A stretch of 64,000 bases of DNA from an uncultured delta proteobacterium (GTDB lineage Bacteria > Myxococcota_A > Polyangia > Polyangiales > Polyangiaceae), in contig CAWDXG010000002.1 in the NCBI GenBank assembly GCA_963806225.1, positions 1 through 64,000 on the forward strand, read 5' to 3'. Below the pieces are notes generated by a model that was not told the DNA's origin, ran no database searches, and saw only the letters and a list, made by a program, of their open reading frames with translations. Below, piece after piece: positions 10,465-21,984 of the stretch (position 1 is its first letter; every line of letters starts with the position of its first letter). The position numbers and the translations under genes were made by a program.

Positions 10465-12597
10465 TCATGCAGGCCCCTTGAGCGCGCAGAACCCGCCGAC
10501 GCAGTCCACCGTCCCGCTCGACTTGCAGCAATCTGCCGCAGTCTTGCACGATTCACCGATCTGGGCGCACTGGTTCGTAGGGGGCGGCACGCAGGCGTAG
10601 GTACCGTTGCCCTGGTCGCGGCAGAAGCCGGAGCAGCATTCGTAGCCCTGGCTACAGCTGTCCCCCTGCTGGTGGCAGGCCTCGAGCGCCCAGTAGGCAT
10701 CCATGTTGATCGTCGTCAGATCCTGGCCGGGCAGCCAGAAGGCGGGATGGCTGGGGTCCTTGCCTGCCGTCGGGTTGGCGTCGATGGCCGCGACCCAGAG
10801 CTGCTTGTGGTTCTCGGTCGTCGAGTCCGTCGTCGACTGCATTCGGTTGCCGTAGTCGCGCGGGCTCACGAACACGACCCAGTAGTAGCCGCCGACCGAG
10901 ATCGGATTGACCCGGGGCTCGTAGTTGCGCTGGCTGTCCTTGGCGCCGAGCACGCCCGCGCCGTTCGCCAGGTCGAGCTTGAGCTCGCCGACCTGCTTGG
11001 CAACGTCCGCCATGTAGAGGTCGTTGTGACCGGTGCTCGCCCCGCCCGCCCCGTAGCTCGCGCGGCTGTAGTCGCCACGCTGGTAGACCACCCACTTCGA
11101 ATCCGGTGCAAAGCTCGGGAAGGCGATCTCCTGGCCACCGCCGGTCACGATCGTCTGCAGGTTCGAGAAATACGGCGCGGCGGTCATGTTCGCGTCCATC
11201 ACCTGCAGATCGGACTGCGTGAACTCGACCGGATAGCTGCCGGTGACGTTCCCGGCGAAGGCCAGCAGCTTGCCGTCCGGCGAGAACTGGGGGTCGGCCA
11301 TCTGCGTCATCGAATCGAGAGCGGACGCCATGGGCTGACCGTTGGTCGCGTTGCCTAGCGCCATGGTGAAGCCGTCGCTGTTCGACACGATGTACTTGCC
11401 GTCGGGCGTCAGCGCCATGAAGCGCACCTTGGCGGTGTAGTCGCCCAGTGCCTGGACCTGCTCGGAGGTGCTGTTCACCGTTCCCCACGGGCCCGCGCTG
11501 CCGCCCACAGGGGTCGGCGCGCTGAACACGGCCGCGATAGTGGAGCCGTCCTTGGAGACCGTGTGGCACGCCACGCAGCGATGTCCCCCGCTGGCCTGCT
11601 GCCAGGGCGGGTTCTGGTTCGCGTATCCACTGACCGGGGCTGGCGAGCCGAGCTGGTTGTACGGCCCCGGGTCGAAGGCGGGGACGGGCTTGTCCGCGCC
11701 CGGATTGATCTTGACGATCTGCCCCTGGTTCACGGCCCAGTAGTAGATGGTGCCGCGCAGGCTGCCCTGGGCGATCTGCCAGGTCTCGCTCATGGCGGCG
11801 TGAGCAGCGCCCGCGCCATCGAGCCGCTGCACCTTGACGCTCACCGGCGTCCCGCTGTTGCTCTGCGTGAGCGCTTCCCACCACGCCTTGGGCATCGTCC
11901 AGCGGCTGGGCGGGTCGGCGTGGATGAAGGCGGTCAAGCTGACGTTGCTGTCGACGATGCTCACCTTGTACGAGTCGCCCTGGGCGCCGCCGCTCCACAT
12001 CAGCTCCGGCGGCAGGATGCCGCGCGCGAAAACCGTCTGGTCGTAGGGGTAGAGCAGCGTGCCGCTGGGGTTCGTGTCGGGCGCGAGGAACTTGCCCTGA
12101 TCGGCTTTCGAGAGGCCCGCGCTGTTGTCGTCGAAAGCGAGCTGGATCACCACGCTCGCCGTGGCGCTCTGGCTGCCGACCTTCGCCGTGACCGTGCCCT
12201 TGCCGCCTTTGGTGTTGTTGGCGGTGAGAGTGCCGGTCTGCGCGATGGTCGCCAGGTCCAGGCGATCGAACGACCACGTGGCCTGCACCTCGCCCTGGCT
12301 ACCGCCCTTGTAGGTAGCCATGGCCTTGAACGACAGCGGCGAGCTCTGGCCGTTGGTGACGTCGATCGTGCCCGTCGCCGGGACGACCGCGAGCGACATG
12401 ATGTTCGGCTGGCCCGAGTCGAGGTTGATGCCGCCGTCGGCTCCGGAGCCGCCATTGCCCGAACCACCACCGCTGCCGCCGAAGGCGCCCGCGCCGCCCG
12501 CGCCGGCCACGGTGTTGCCGCTGTTCGAGCTGCAGGCGTAGCCGAGCCCGAGGCTCACTACGCCGACCAGAAGCCAAGCGATCCTGGGAGTCTTCAT
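10465..12597 (-). CDS. TolB-like beta-propeller lipoprotein with Cys-rich tail and one CxxCH motif
   Basis: Lipobox LGYAC, Gly-rich linker, PD40-like repeats (PQFSPDGKLLAF, PSFAPDSKWVVY), CVACH, and C-terminal CC-containing repeats. Confidence 0.85.
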   Translation of the reverse strand: MKTPRIAWLLVGVVSLGLGYACSSNSGNTVAGAGGAGAFGGSGGGSGNGGSGADGGINLDSGQPNIMSLAVVPATGTIDVTNGQSSPLSFKAMATYKGGSQGEVQATWSFDRLDLATIAQTGTLTANNTKGGKGTVTAKVGSQSATASVVIQLAFDDNSAGLSKADQGKFLAPDTNPSGTLLYPYDQTVFARGILPPELMWSGGAQGDSYKVSIVDSNVSLTAFIHADPPSRWTMPKAWWEALTQSNSGTPVSVKVQRLDGAGAAHAAMSETWQIAQGSLRGTIYYWAVNQGQIVKINPGADKPVPAFDPGPYNQLGSPAPVSGYANQNPPWQQASGGHRCVACHTVSKDGSTIAAVFSAPTPVGGSAGPWGTVNSTSEQVQALGDYTAKVRFMALTPDGKYIVSNSDGFTMALGNATNGQPMASALDSMTQMADPQFSPDGKLLAFAGNVTGSYPVEFTQSDLQVMDANMTAAPYFSNLQTIVTGGGQEIAFPSFAPDSKWVVYQRGDYSRASYGAGGASTGHNDLYMADVAKQVGELKLDLANGAGVLGAKDSQRNYEPRVNPISVGGYYWVVFVSPRDYGNRMQSTTDSTTENHKQLWVAAIDANPTAGKDPSHPAFWLPGQDLTTINMDAYWALEACHQQGDSCSQGYECCSGFCRDQGNGTYACVPPPTNQCAQIGESCKTAADCCKSSGTVDCVGGFCALKGPA

Positions 12598-12665
12598 GTC
12601 AAGCCACACACCTTTCGCGCCGCGGCATCATGCTACGGTGGCCGCGTGGCCGGCGCAACGCGCGC

Positions 12666-13547
12666 TCAGCCCAGAGCCCGGCGCGCGACGGCTGCCAGCG
12701 CCTGCACGAGCCCTGGATCGTCGTCGAGCGCCGGCACGCGCTGCCAGTCGAGCCCGAGCTCGCGCGCCTGCCGGGCCGCCTCGATGTCCAGATCGTAGAG
12801 CGTTTCGACGTGCTCGGCCGGAAAGCCGATAGGCGCGACGATGACCGATCGCAGTCCGTCGGCGCGGATCTGCTCGAGCGTGCTCTTCACGTCAGGGCCG
12901 AGCCAGTCGCCGCCGTCGGCACCCTGGCTCTGGTACGCCAGACGGTAGGCGCGGCCCAGCTTCTCGCCGACCGCCTTCGCGCAGGCCGAGACCTGATCGG
13001 CGTAGGGATCGCCCGCCGCGATGGCGCGGCTCGGCAGGCTGTGCGCCGTCAGGACCAGCGCCGCCTCGCCGGCTTCGCCGAGTGCCCGCTCGATGCGCGC
13101 GGCGTGCGCCTCGACGAACGCCGACTCGGTGCCCCAGGGCTCGACGCGCACCAGCTCGGGCACGCGCTCGAGCCCGTCCTTGATCGACGCCAGCGAGCGC
13201 TCCGCAGCGTCGCAGTACACGTGCACGCTGAACGGCGCGAGCGGCAGCACGCACAGCCGCTCGTAGCCCTGCTCCACCCCGTCGCAGAGCACGTCCTCCA
13301 CGCTGGGGTGCCACAGCCGCATGGCGGTCAGCACCGGCAGGCCCAGGACCTCGCCGAGCGCCCTGCCCTGCCGCCCCGTGATCTCGAGCAGCGGCGAGCC
13401 GCCGATGGCCTCGTAGCGGCGGCGCAGCTCTTCCACCAGACCCGGAGGCGGCGGCCGCCCGCGGCGGATGTTCCGCACGAAACCGGGCAGATCGTCCAGA
13501 TCCGTCACTGTGCCATGGGCCACCAGCATCACCGCGTCGCGCCTCAT
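12666..13547 (-). CDS. hemH: Ferrochelatase
   Basis: RYEAIGGSPL, AMRLWHP, LTAHSLP..GDPY, YQSQG..WLGP, PIGF.AEHVETLYDLD. Confidence 0.92.
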   Translation of the reverse strand: MRRDAVMLVAHGTVTDLDDLPGFVRNIRRGRPPPPGLVEELRRRYEAIGGSPLLEITGRQGRALGEVLGLPVLTAMRLWHPSVEDVLCDGVEQGYERLCVLPLAPFSVHVYCDAAERSLASIKDGLERVPELVRVEPWGTESAFVEAHAARIERALGEAGEAALVLTAHSLPSRAIAAGDPYADQVSACAKAVGEKLGRAYRLAYQSQGADGGDWLGPDVKSTLEQIRADGLRSVIVAPIGFPAEHVETLYDLDIEAARQARELGLDWQRVPALDDDPGLVQALAAVARRALG

Positions 13548-13626
13548 CGACGGGGAGCATAAGCGCCCGGGCCACGGCGTCCAGCCGTCATTGCGGGCGG
13601 CGCTGCGCGTCACTAGGCTCCGCCGC

Positions 13627-14391
<765 letters not shown>

Positions 14392-14404
14392 GAGAGAGCG
14401 AACG

Positions 14405-16019
<1,615 letters not shown>

Positions 16020-16025
16020 CCGCGG

Positions 16026-17108
16026 TCACGGGCACGCGCAGGTGGCGCAGGTGCAAACGCCCGAAGCACAGCACTTCTGACCCAGCTTGCACGAATTGCA
16101 GGTGCCGCCGCAGCCGTTCGGCTGCTCGCAGCTCGAGGCTCCGCAGCTCGGCGTGCAGCAGCTGCCGTTGTAACAAACCTGCCCGCTCGAGCAGGCGCCG
16201 CACGTGCCGCCGCAGCCGTCGCTGATCTCGCATTTCCCGGGCGGACAGTTCGGCGCGCAGCAGCTGCCGCCGATGCACGTCTCGCCGTTCGCGCAGCTCG
16301 GGCACTGCACGGTGCCGCCGCAGCCGTCGCTGATGCTGCCGCACTGTCCAGTCGAGCACGTGGTCTTCGGCGTGCAGCACGCCCCCTGGTAGTCCACCTG
16401 CCCCGTCGGGCACTGGCACTTACCGCTCGCGCAGGTCATTCCGCCGGTACACGTTGTGCCGCAACCGCCGCAGTTGTTGTTGTCCGTCGTCGTGTCCACG
16501 CACGAGGCGCCACACGTCGTCTTGGTGCAGTTGGTCGAGCAGGCGCCTTTCGAGCAGGTCTGCCCCGTCGAGCACTGCTGGCCGCACTTGCCGCAGTTCG
16601 AGCCGTCGGTCTGCGCGTCGACACACTGTCCGCCGCAGTTGGTTGCCCCGGACTGGCAGCGGCACATGCCGTTGGTACAGACGGTTCCGCCCGAGCACTT
16701 GGTTCCACAGTCGCCGCAGTTATTGTTGTCCGTCGAGGCATCGACGCACGTGCCCGAGCAGTACGTGCCGCCGCCCGGGCACACACACTGCCCGGCCTGG
16801 CACGAGGACCCGCTGGCGCACTTGTTGTCGCAGCTGCCGCAGTGCGCGTCATCGCTCTCCAGGTACGCGCACTGTCCGCCGCAGTCGGTAAGTGGCGCCG
16901 TGCAACCGGCATCGCGGCCGGCATCCGCGTCCATCGCGGCGCCATCGCCGCTCTTCGCGTCCGCCGCGGTCGCGTCGCTTCCCCCATCGTGGTGCGCCTG
17001 CCCGCTGACCAGATTTCCGGGCACGCTGCAGCCGCCGAGCAGAGCCAGAGCAGCGAGCGCAACACGTACGGACAATCGACGATTCGCGGACGGCGGTGGC
17101 TCGAACAC
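16026..17108 (-). CDS. Cys-rich repeat lipoprotein
   Basis: LALLGGC lipobox; repeats CxGxCVDxxxDxxNCGxCGxxC, then CGxISDGCGGT units. Confidence 0.8.
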   Translation of the reverse strand: MFEPPPSANRRLSVRVALAALALLGGCSVPGNLVSGQAHHDGGSDATAADAKSGDGAAMDADAGRDAGCTAPLTDCGGQCAYLESDDAHCGSCDNKCASGSSCQAGQCVCPGGGTYCSGTCVDASTDNNNCGDCGTKCSGGTVCTNGMCRCQSGATNCGGQCVDAQTDGSNCGKCGQQCSTGQTCSKGACSTNCTKTTCGASCVDTTTDNNNCGGCGTTCTGGMTCASGKCQCPTGQVDYQGACCTPKTTCSTGQCGSISDGCGGTVQCPSCANGETCIGGSCCAPNCPPGKCEISDGCGGTCGACSSGQVCYNGSCCTPSCGASSCEQPNGCGGTCNSCKLGQKCCASGVCTCATCACP

Positions 17109-17230
17109 GGCACAAGCAGTCTATCGTGCCGCGACACGTGGCGTCCAACGCCCGGCTCCACGGGAGCCCGCCTACGCTTTCCATGATCCACGTCGCGCGC
17201 CCCCACCGGCCGCGGTGCTGGTCGTGAGCA

Positions 17231-17540
17231 GTGGCAACGCCGGGCGATTCGTGCGACGCCAGGCACCCCACGCCCCCACCCCCTCTGCCCGGCGGCTTCA
17301 TTTCGTCTTCGGGTGGCAATTCCGGACTGACGTTTGACGACGCGCCCCACGCGGCTGTACTGCGCGTGGCGCACCCGATGACCGCGTCCGGGAACAACTC
17401 GGCGTGGCAGACCGGCGCCATGTCGGGCAACCCGCCGGTCTCGATCGACTTCGACTACAACTGCGACCGCACGGAAGAGCAGAAATACACGCGCGGCTAG
17501 TGTCCACCATCACCAGCTGCGGCAAGTCCTGCGCCGGCGG
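17231..17540 (+). pseudogene. Remnant of a Cys-rich/MopE-like secreted protein
   Basis: ...AHP...SAWQTGAM...DFDYNCDRTEEQKYT, then a stop and a frameshifted STITSCGKSC. No signal peptide or convincing start. Confidence 0.5.
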
Positions 17541-17648
17541 CAGCGCGCAGAGCCGATCTCCAGGCCCCGCAGAAGCTGTTCTGCCCGGAGACGAGCGAAG
17601 CAGCCCGCTCTTCAATAATCCGGCCCGCAGCTGCCCACTGTTACGGGC

Positions 17649-19199
17649 ATGACCCCCAGGATCCGTCTTGCGGCGACGCTGCTCGCCCTGTCCTCGTTTG
17701 CCATCCTGCCGCGCTGCGGCAGCTCCAACAACTCGCCCATCGGCGGGGGTTCGGGCGGGGTGGCCGGGAGCGATGCCAGCGCAGGCGGATCCGACGGCTC
17801 GGCCGCTGCCGGGGGCACGGGGGCGACGGGGGGCACAGGGGCAACGGGCGGCACAGGCGCGACGGGCGGCACGGCGGGCACCAGTGGAGCGGCGGGTGAC
17901 GGCGGCACGGTCACCTGCGCGACGGGCCAGATCGACTGCGGCGGCAGCTGCGTGAACCCCAACACCGACCCGGCCAACTGTGGCGGCTGCGGGCTTGCCT
18001 GCGGCTCGGGCGAGGTCTGCCAGCTCGGCATCTGCGAGACGAGCTGCAGCTCGCCGCTCACCACCTGCGGCTCGAGCTGCGTCGACACGCAGGGCGACGC
18101 GCAGAACTGCGGCGGCTGCGGCAACGCCTGCGCGGCGGGGGAGATCTGCAGCGGCGGCGCGTGCACCTGCGACGCAGGGCTGACGGCGTGCGGCAACAGC
18201 TGCGTGAAGCTGTCCGCTGATCCGCAGAACTGCGGCGCCTGCGGCAATGCCTGCGGCACGGGCGAAGTCTGCAACGCCGGCGCGTGCGAGGCCGGCTGCT
18301 CGACGAACCTGACGGTGTGCAACGGTAGCTGCATCGATGCGAGCAGCGACCCCCAGAACTGCGGCGGCTGCGGCAACGCCTGCGGCGCGAGCCAGATCTG
18401 CTCGGCGGGCCAGTGCACCTGCGATGTGAACCTTACGCTCTGCAACAATCAGTGCGTCGACACGCAGTCGAGCTTCCACAACTGTGGCGCCTGCGGCACC
18501 AGCTGCGCCTCGGGCGAGGCGTGCATCAACGGCGCCTGCGACGCGACGGGCTGCCCGACCCAGCAGCAGCAGTGCGGCGGCACCTGTGTCCGGCTCGCCA
18601 GCGATCCGGCCAATTGCGGCGCCTGCGGCACAGCCTGCACCGGCGGGCAGGTCTGCAACCAGGGCAGCTGCGCGTGCCCCGCCGGCACCACGCTGTGCGG
18701 CGGCGTGTGCGTCGACACCGGCACGGATCCGGCCAACTGCGGAGGCTGCGGCACGGCCTGCACCAGCGGGCAGGTCTGCTCGCAGGGCGCGTGCGCGGCG
18801 AACTGCGCAGCGACGGAGACGCTCTGCACCGGCGCCTGCATCGACGCGCAGACCGACGTGAACAACTGCGGCGGCTGCGGCATCGCCTGCACCGGCGGGC
18901 ATGTCTGCAGCGGCGGCAGCTGCGTGTGCCCGTCGAACTCGAGCGAGTGCGGCACTCCGCCGCTGTGCGTGAACACCAACAACAGCCCCGCCCACTGCGG
19001 CGACTGCACCACGAAGTGCGACCCGGGCGGCAGCTGCAGCGCCGGCGTGTGCGGCTGCGGGCAGAACCAGCAGCTGTGCGGCGCCGACGACGCCGGCAAC
19101 GGCGGCAGCTGCGCCGACATCAAGAAGGATCCGGCCAACTGCGGCGCCTGCGGCACGTCCTGCGACGGTGGCAAGTGCGTGAACGGGGCCTGCCAGTAG
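17649..19199 (+). CDS. Cys-rich repeat exported protein with GGTG linker
   Basis: Signal peptide ending LPRC, GGTGAT low-complexity linker, ten CVxxxxDPxNCGxCGxxC-type repeats. Confidence 0.88.
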   Translation: MTPRIRLAATLLALSSFAILPRCGSSNNSPIGGGSGGVAGSDASAGGSDGSAAAGGTGATGGTGATGGTGATGGTAGTSGAAGDGGTVTCATGQIDCGGSCVNPNTDPANCGGCGLACGSGEVCQLGICETSCSSPLTTCGSSCVDTQGDAQNCGGCGNACAAGEICSGGACTCDAGLTACGNSCVKLSADPQNCGACGNACGTGEVCNAGACEAGCSTNLTVCNGSCIDASSDPQNCGGCGNACGASQICSAGQCTCDVNLTLCNNQCVDTQSSFHNCGACGTSCASGEACINGACDATGCPTQQQQCGGTCVRLASDPANCGACGTACTGGQVCNQGSCACPAGTTLCGGVCVDTGTDPANCGGCGTACTSGQVCSQGACAANCAATETLCTGACIDAQTDVNNCGGCGIACTGGHVCSGGSCVCPSNSSECGTPPLCVNTNNSPAHCGDCTTKCDPGGSCSAGVCGCGQNQQLCGADDAGNGGSCADIKKDPANCGACGTSCDGGKCVNGACQ

Positions 19200-19219
19200 C
19201 TGCCACGAGCTCGGGAAGC

Positions 19220-19399
19220 CGCCGGGTAGGGACCAAGCACGTCAACTTCCCACAGCCTCCTACCCGGCGGCTCCTCTTCTGCAGCAGCGTTGGCGAGCTG
19301 ACCTTTCCTGACCGCTCGCGAACCCGCGCTGCTTGCCGCTCGCGCGGCGCGCCGGGCATGCTGCGCGGGCAATGCTCGATCTGCTGCCGCACGATCCGC
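19220..19399 (+). repeat. Diverged copy 1 of a ~180-bp segment (copy 2 at 20774-20949)
   Basis: 19357-19390 is identical to 20907-20940 (34 bp). 19297-19315 matches 20846-20864 at 17/19. Further patchy similarity at an offset of about 1550. Confidence 0.85.
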
Positions 19400-19527
19400 T
19401 ACTGCAGCGGCACCTCGGGCTGGTCCGGCGCGCTCCCCGCGGCGGCAAGACCGGCACCTACTCGAGCTGCAGCATCCTGACCTGCCAGCGCGTCGTCACC
19501 CAGTCCAAGCCCCAGTCCTGCCGCTGA
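19400..19527 (+). pseudogene. Orphan C-terminal remnant of a Cys-rich secreted protein
   Basis: YCSGTSGWSGALPA, then a 1-base shift, then CGKTGTYSSCSILTCQRVVTQSKPQSCR-stop, with host-like codon usage. Confidence 0.5.
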
Positions 19528-20194
19528 GCGCGTCCAGCCACTCATCCACCGCGGCGAGGTGCAGCTCCATGCCGAGCCAGGGGTCGTCCGGTACGGCGAG
19601 CTGGTGCTCGCGGCAGTACTGCTGCACGGCGGCGTCCAGGTCGAGCAGGTCGGGCCCGCCGCCGTCCCCCTCCTCCACTTCTTCCGCTTCGTCTTCCGCC
19701 CGTTCGCCCTGGGCGGCAAGCAGCGTCAGCACACGCGCGAGCAGGCGATGGTAGCGCCGCGCCGCGTCCATCAGCGGAGCCGCGCCCTGGAGCTCGAAGT
19801 ACTGCTCGACCGTGCCGTCGGTTGCGTACGTGCCCGCGCTGTCCGGGTGGGGCCTGAGCCGGACGATGGTCTCGCTGTCGTCCGGCTGCACCACCCGTCC
19901 GAGCGGGTACAGCCGGCACACCAGCGGCCGGTCCGCGTGCACGCCGCAGCCCTGCTCTCCGAGGAAGACGCACACCCCGTCCGGAAAGGCGAGCGCGCTG
20001 CCGTCGGTCGTGAAACGCGCGAGCGTCTCGGTGGTGGACAGCCCCAGGTGGCGGGCGATGCGCGCGACCTCGTAGGGATTGACCGGGATCAGCTTGTCCC
20101 GGCAGCAGCGGTTGCAGGCGTTGCAGCGGTACGAAAACGCAGCCTGCCGGCCATCGAGCAGCTCGACGATACCGGCTTGTAGCGAGGCGACCAC
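19496..20194 (-). CDS. YkgJ family cysteine-cluster (CxxCxxCC) protein
   Basis: FSYRCNACNRCC...CVFL..GCGVHADRPLVCRLYP. Start placed at GTG 20194, just downstream of the preceding gene. Confidence 0.85.
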   Translation of the reverse strand: MVASLQAGIVELLDGRQAAFSYRCNACNRCCRDKLIPVNPYEVARIARHLGLSTTETLARFTTDGSALAFPDGVCVFLGEQGCGVHADRPLVCRLYPLGRVVQPDDSETIVRLRPHPDSAGTYATDGTVEQYFELQGAAPLMDAARRYHRLLARVLTLLAAQGERAEDEAEEVEEGDGGGPDLLDLDAAVQQYCREHQLAVPDDPWLGMELHLAAVDEWLDALSGRTGAWTG

Positions 20195-20205
20195 GAGCCC
20201 GCGCC

Positions 20206-20541
20206 TCAGCGCGTGATGTGGGTGTCGATCTTGTGCTGGAGCGCCGCCGGCAGCTTGAAGCCGCCGAGCGCGGTCGCGCCCTTTTCCGCCTGCGCTACCA
20301 CGCGCACCGTGAGCGCCGCGGCCCCGCGCTCCCTGAGCACCTTCAGCGCCCCTTCCGGCAGCTCGTAGACCGCGATCGGCGCCTTGATGCCGTCCGCGTA
20401 GAACTCCCACTTGATCGAGACCTGCGGGCTCGCTGCCGAGGCCTCCTCGCCCGTCAGACCGATCCCGAGACCCGCCCCCAGCGCGACGGCGCTGGATGCG
20501 AGCTGCAGGCTCTGCCTCCGCGTCAGCTTGCGTCCAGTCAT
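20206..20541 (-). CDS. Small protein with twin-arginine (Tat) signal peptide
   Basis: MTGRKLTRRQSLQLASSAVALGAGLGIGL...EEASA; 111 aa. Confidence 0.7.
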   Translation of the reverse strand: MTGRKLTRRQSLQLASSAVALGAGLGIGLTGEEASAASPQVSIKWEFYADGIKAPIAVYELPEGALKVLRERGAAALTVRVVAQAEKGATALGGFKLPAALQHKIDTHITR

Positions 20542-20773
20542 ACCCTGGCGGCCTGCATTTTCCGTGCAAGACGCGCGAGCCGGGAAAGTCGCAAAGCGCC
20601 GCCCCCCTCCACGCAGTTCCTGCGGCCCCCGTGACCTGCCGCGCGAGCGCGTGCGCGTCGATCTCGAGCTCAGCGTGCCGTGGGCCGATGCGCATGCGGG
20701 CGGCGTTCGATAATCCCGGGGCGTGCCGCCCACTGACGGACAGCGCCGCGCTCTGCGGTCCGCCCACGTGGGT

Positions 20774-20949
20774 CGCCGGGACAGGGAAGGCCCTTCACCT
20801 CCCCATAGCCCCCCCTCCCCGGCGACCCGCTATCTTCGCGCTCGCGCTGACATTTCCTGTCCGCCCCCGGGCGCCGCGGCGCTTGCCGGCCGGGCGCGCG
20901 GGCACCCATGCTGCGCGGGCAATGCTCGATCTGCTGCCGCGCGATCCGC
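20774..20949 (+). repeat. Diverged copy 2 of the ~180-bp segment; covers the upstream region and first codons of the 20922 gene
   Basis: See copy 1 at 19220-19399. Confidence 0.85.
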
Positions 20950-21377
20950 GCTGGCTTGTCGCCCTCGGGCTCGGGCTCGGGCTGCTCGTGCAGACGCTCC
21001 GGCTCTGGCTCCAGCGGCGGCGGGCGGGCTGGCGCTCGCGGCGGAGAAACCGCGTCGCGGCGCGGGCGGAGCAGCGGGCGGAGCGGCTGCTCGCGCGGGC
21101 GGGCTATCGCGTGCTCGAGGTGCAGCCGCGGCTCGGCTGGAGCATCGTGGTCGACGGCCGCGAGGAAGCGATCGAGCTGCGCGCCGATCTGCTGGTGGCG
21201 CGCCGCGGTCGGCGCTACGTGGCGGACGTGAAGAGCGGCCGCTTCGCGCCCGATCTGCGCACCGCTGCCACCCGCCGCCAGCTGCTCGAGTACCTGGTCG
21301 CGTACCGGACCGACGGCGTGCTGCTCGTCGATATGGAAGCCGAGCAGATCCGCGAGGTGCGTTTTCCGCTGGGCTAG
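20922..21377 (+). CDS. Membrane-anchored PD-(D/E)xK nuclease-fold protein
   Basis: N-terminal TM (WLVALGLGLGLLVQTL), then AE..AE.LL...GY, RADLLV and YVADVKSG (D...DxK), then RRQLLEY. Confidence 0.7.
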   Translation: MLDLLPRDPRWLVALGLGLGLLVQTLRLWLQRRRAGWRSRRRNRVAARAEQRAERLLARAGYRVLEVQPRLGWSIVVDGREEAIELRADLLVARRGRRYVADVKSGRFAPDLRTAATRRQLLEYLVAYRTDGVLLVDMEAEQIREVRFPLG

Positions 21378-21378
21378 C

Positions 21379-21948
21379 TCACTCCGGCGGAAACAGCCGA
21401 CCGACTTCCAGCTCGATGGCGTCGAAGGGCGCGATGCGCGCCACGGCCGTGTCGTCGTAGGTGCCGACCTCGACCCAGCGCCCGCCCTGGAGCTCCAGCG
21501 CTTCGAGGATGCGCGCGTCGGGATCGACGAGCCAGTAGTGGGCGACGCCGTGCCTGGCGTACAGTGCGCGCTTGGTGACGCGGTCGGTGCGCGCGTTGCT
21601 CGGCGAGCTCACCTCGCAGATCCAGTCGGGCACGACGCGGAGCGGGCGCGTGTCCCAGGGATCCACGAGCCGCTCGCGCCGCCAGCCGGACAGATCCGGA
21701 CGCACCACCTGCTGCGGCTCGAGCTGGATGTCCACCTCCAGCAGGATCCACCAGCCACCGGGGCCGCCGTGGCCGTCGTCGTCGTCGAAGGGTCCGCCGA
21801 CGAAGCTCCGCAAGGCTCCCTGCGCCCGTGAGTGACGCGGCAGCGGCGAGGGCGCGACCACGACTTCGCCGTCGAGGATCTCGGCGCGCACGTCCTCCGG
21901 CAGGGCGAGCAGATCGGCGTAGGTCGCGGGCTTCGTCGCGGGCTGCAC
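21379..21948 (-). CDS. Uma2 (DUF820) family endonuclease-like protein
   Basis: AEILDGEVVVAPSP..RH, VRPDLSGW, PDWICEVSSPSN..DRVTKRALYARHGVAHYWLVDP. Confidence 0.92.
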   Translation of the reverse strand: MQPATKPATYADLLALPEDVRAEILDGEVVVAPSPLPRHSRAQGALRSFVGGPFDDDDGHGGPGGWWILLEVDIQLEPQQVVRPDLSGWRRERLVDPWDTRPLRVVPDWICEVSSPSNARTDRVTKRALYARHGVAHYWLVDPDARILEALELQGGRWVEVGTYDDTAVARIAPFDAIELEVGRLFPPE

Positions 21949-21984
21949 ATCGGCAGTATACCGCGCCGGCCCCTGCCCGCCCGG

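Noticed and set aside
9037..11358. Long ORFs antisense to or overlapping real genes (e.g. 9037..11358+, 30027..32033-, 61682..63670+, 24493..26667-, 4394..6409+)
   Set aside because: Shadow ORFs typical of high-GC DNA: Arg/Ala/Pro-rich or antisense translations with no motifs, overlapping well-supported genes.
16026..19199. Cys-rich repeat proteins as multiheme cytochromes or RiPP precursors
   Set aside because: The repeats are CxxC without the following His, and no maturation enzymes are adjacent. They match ordinary myxobacterial disulfide-rich repeats.
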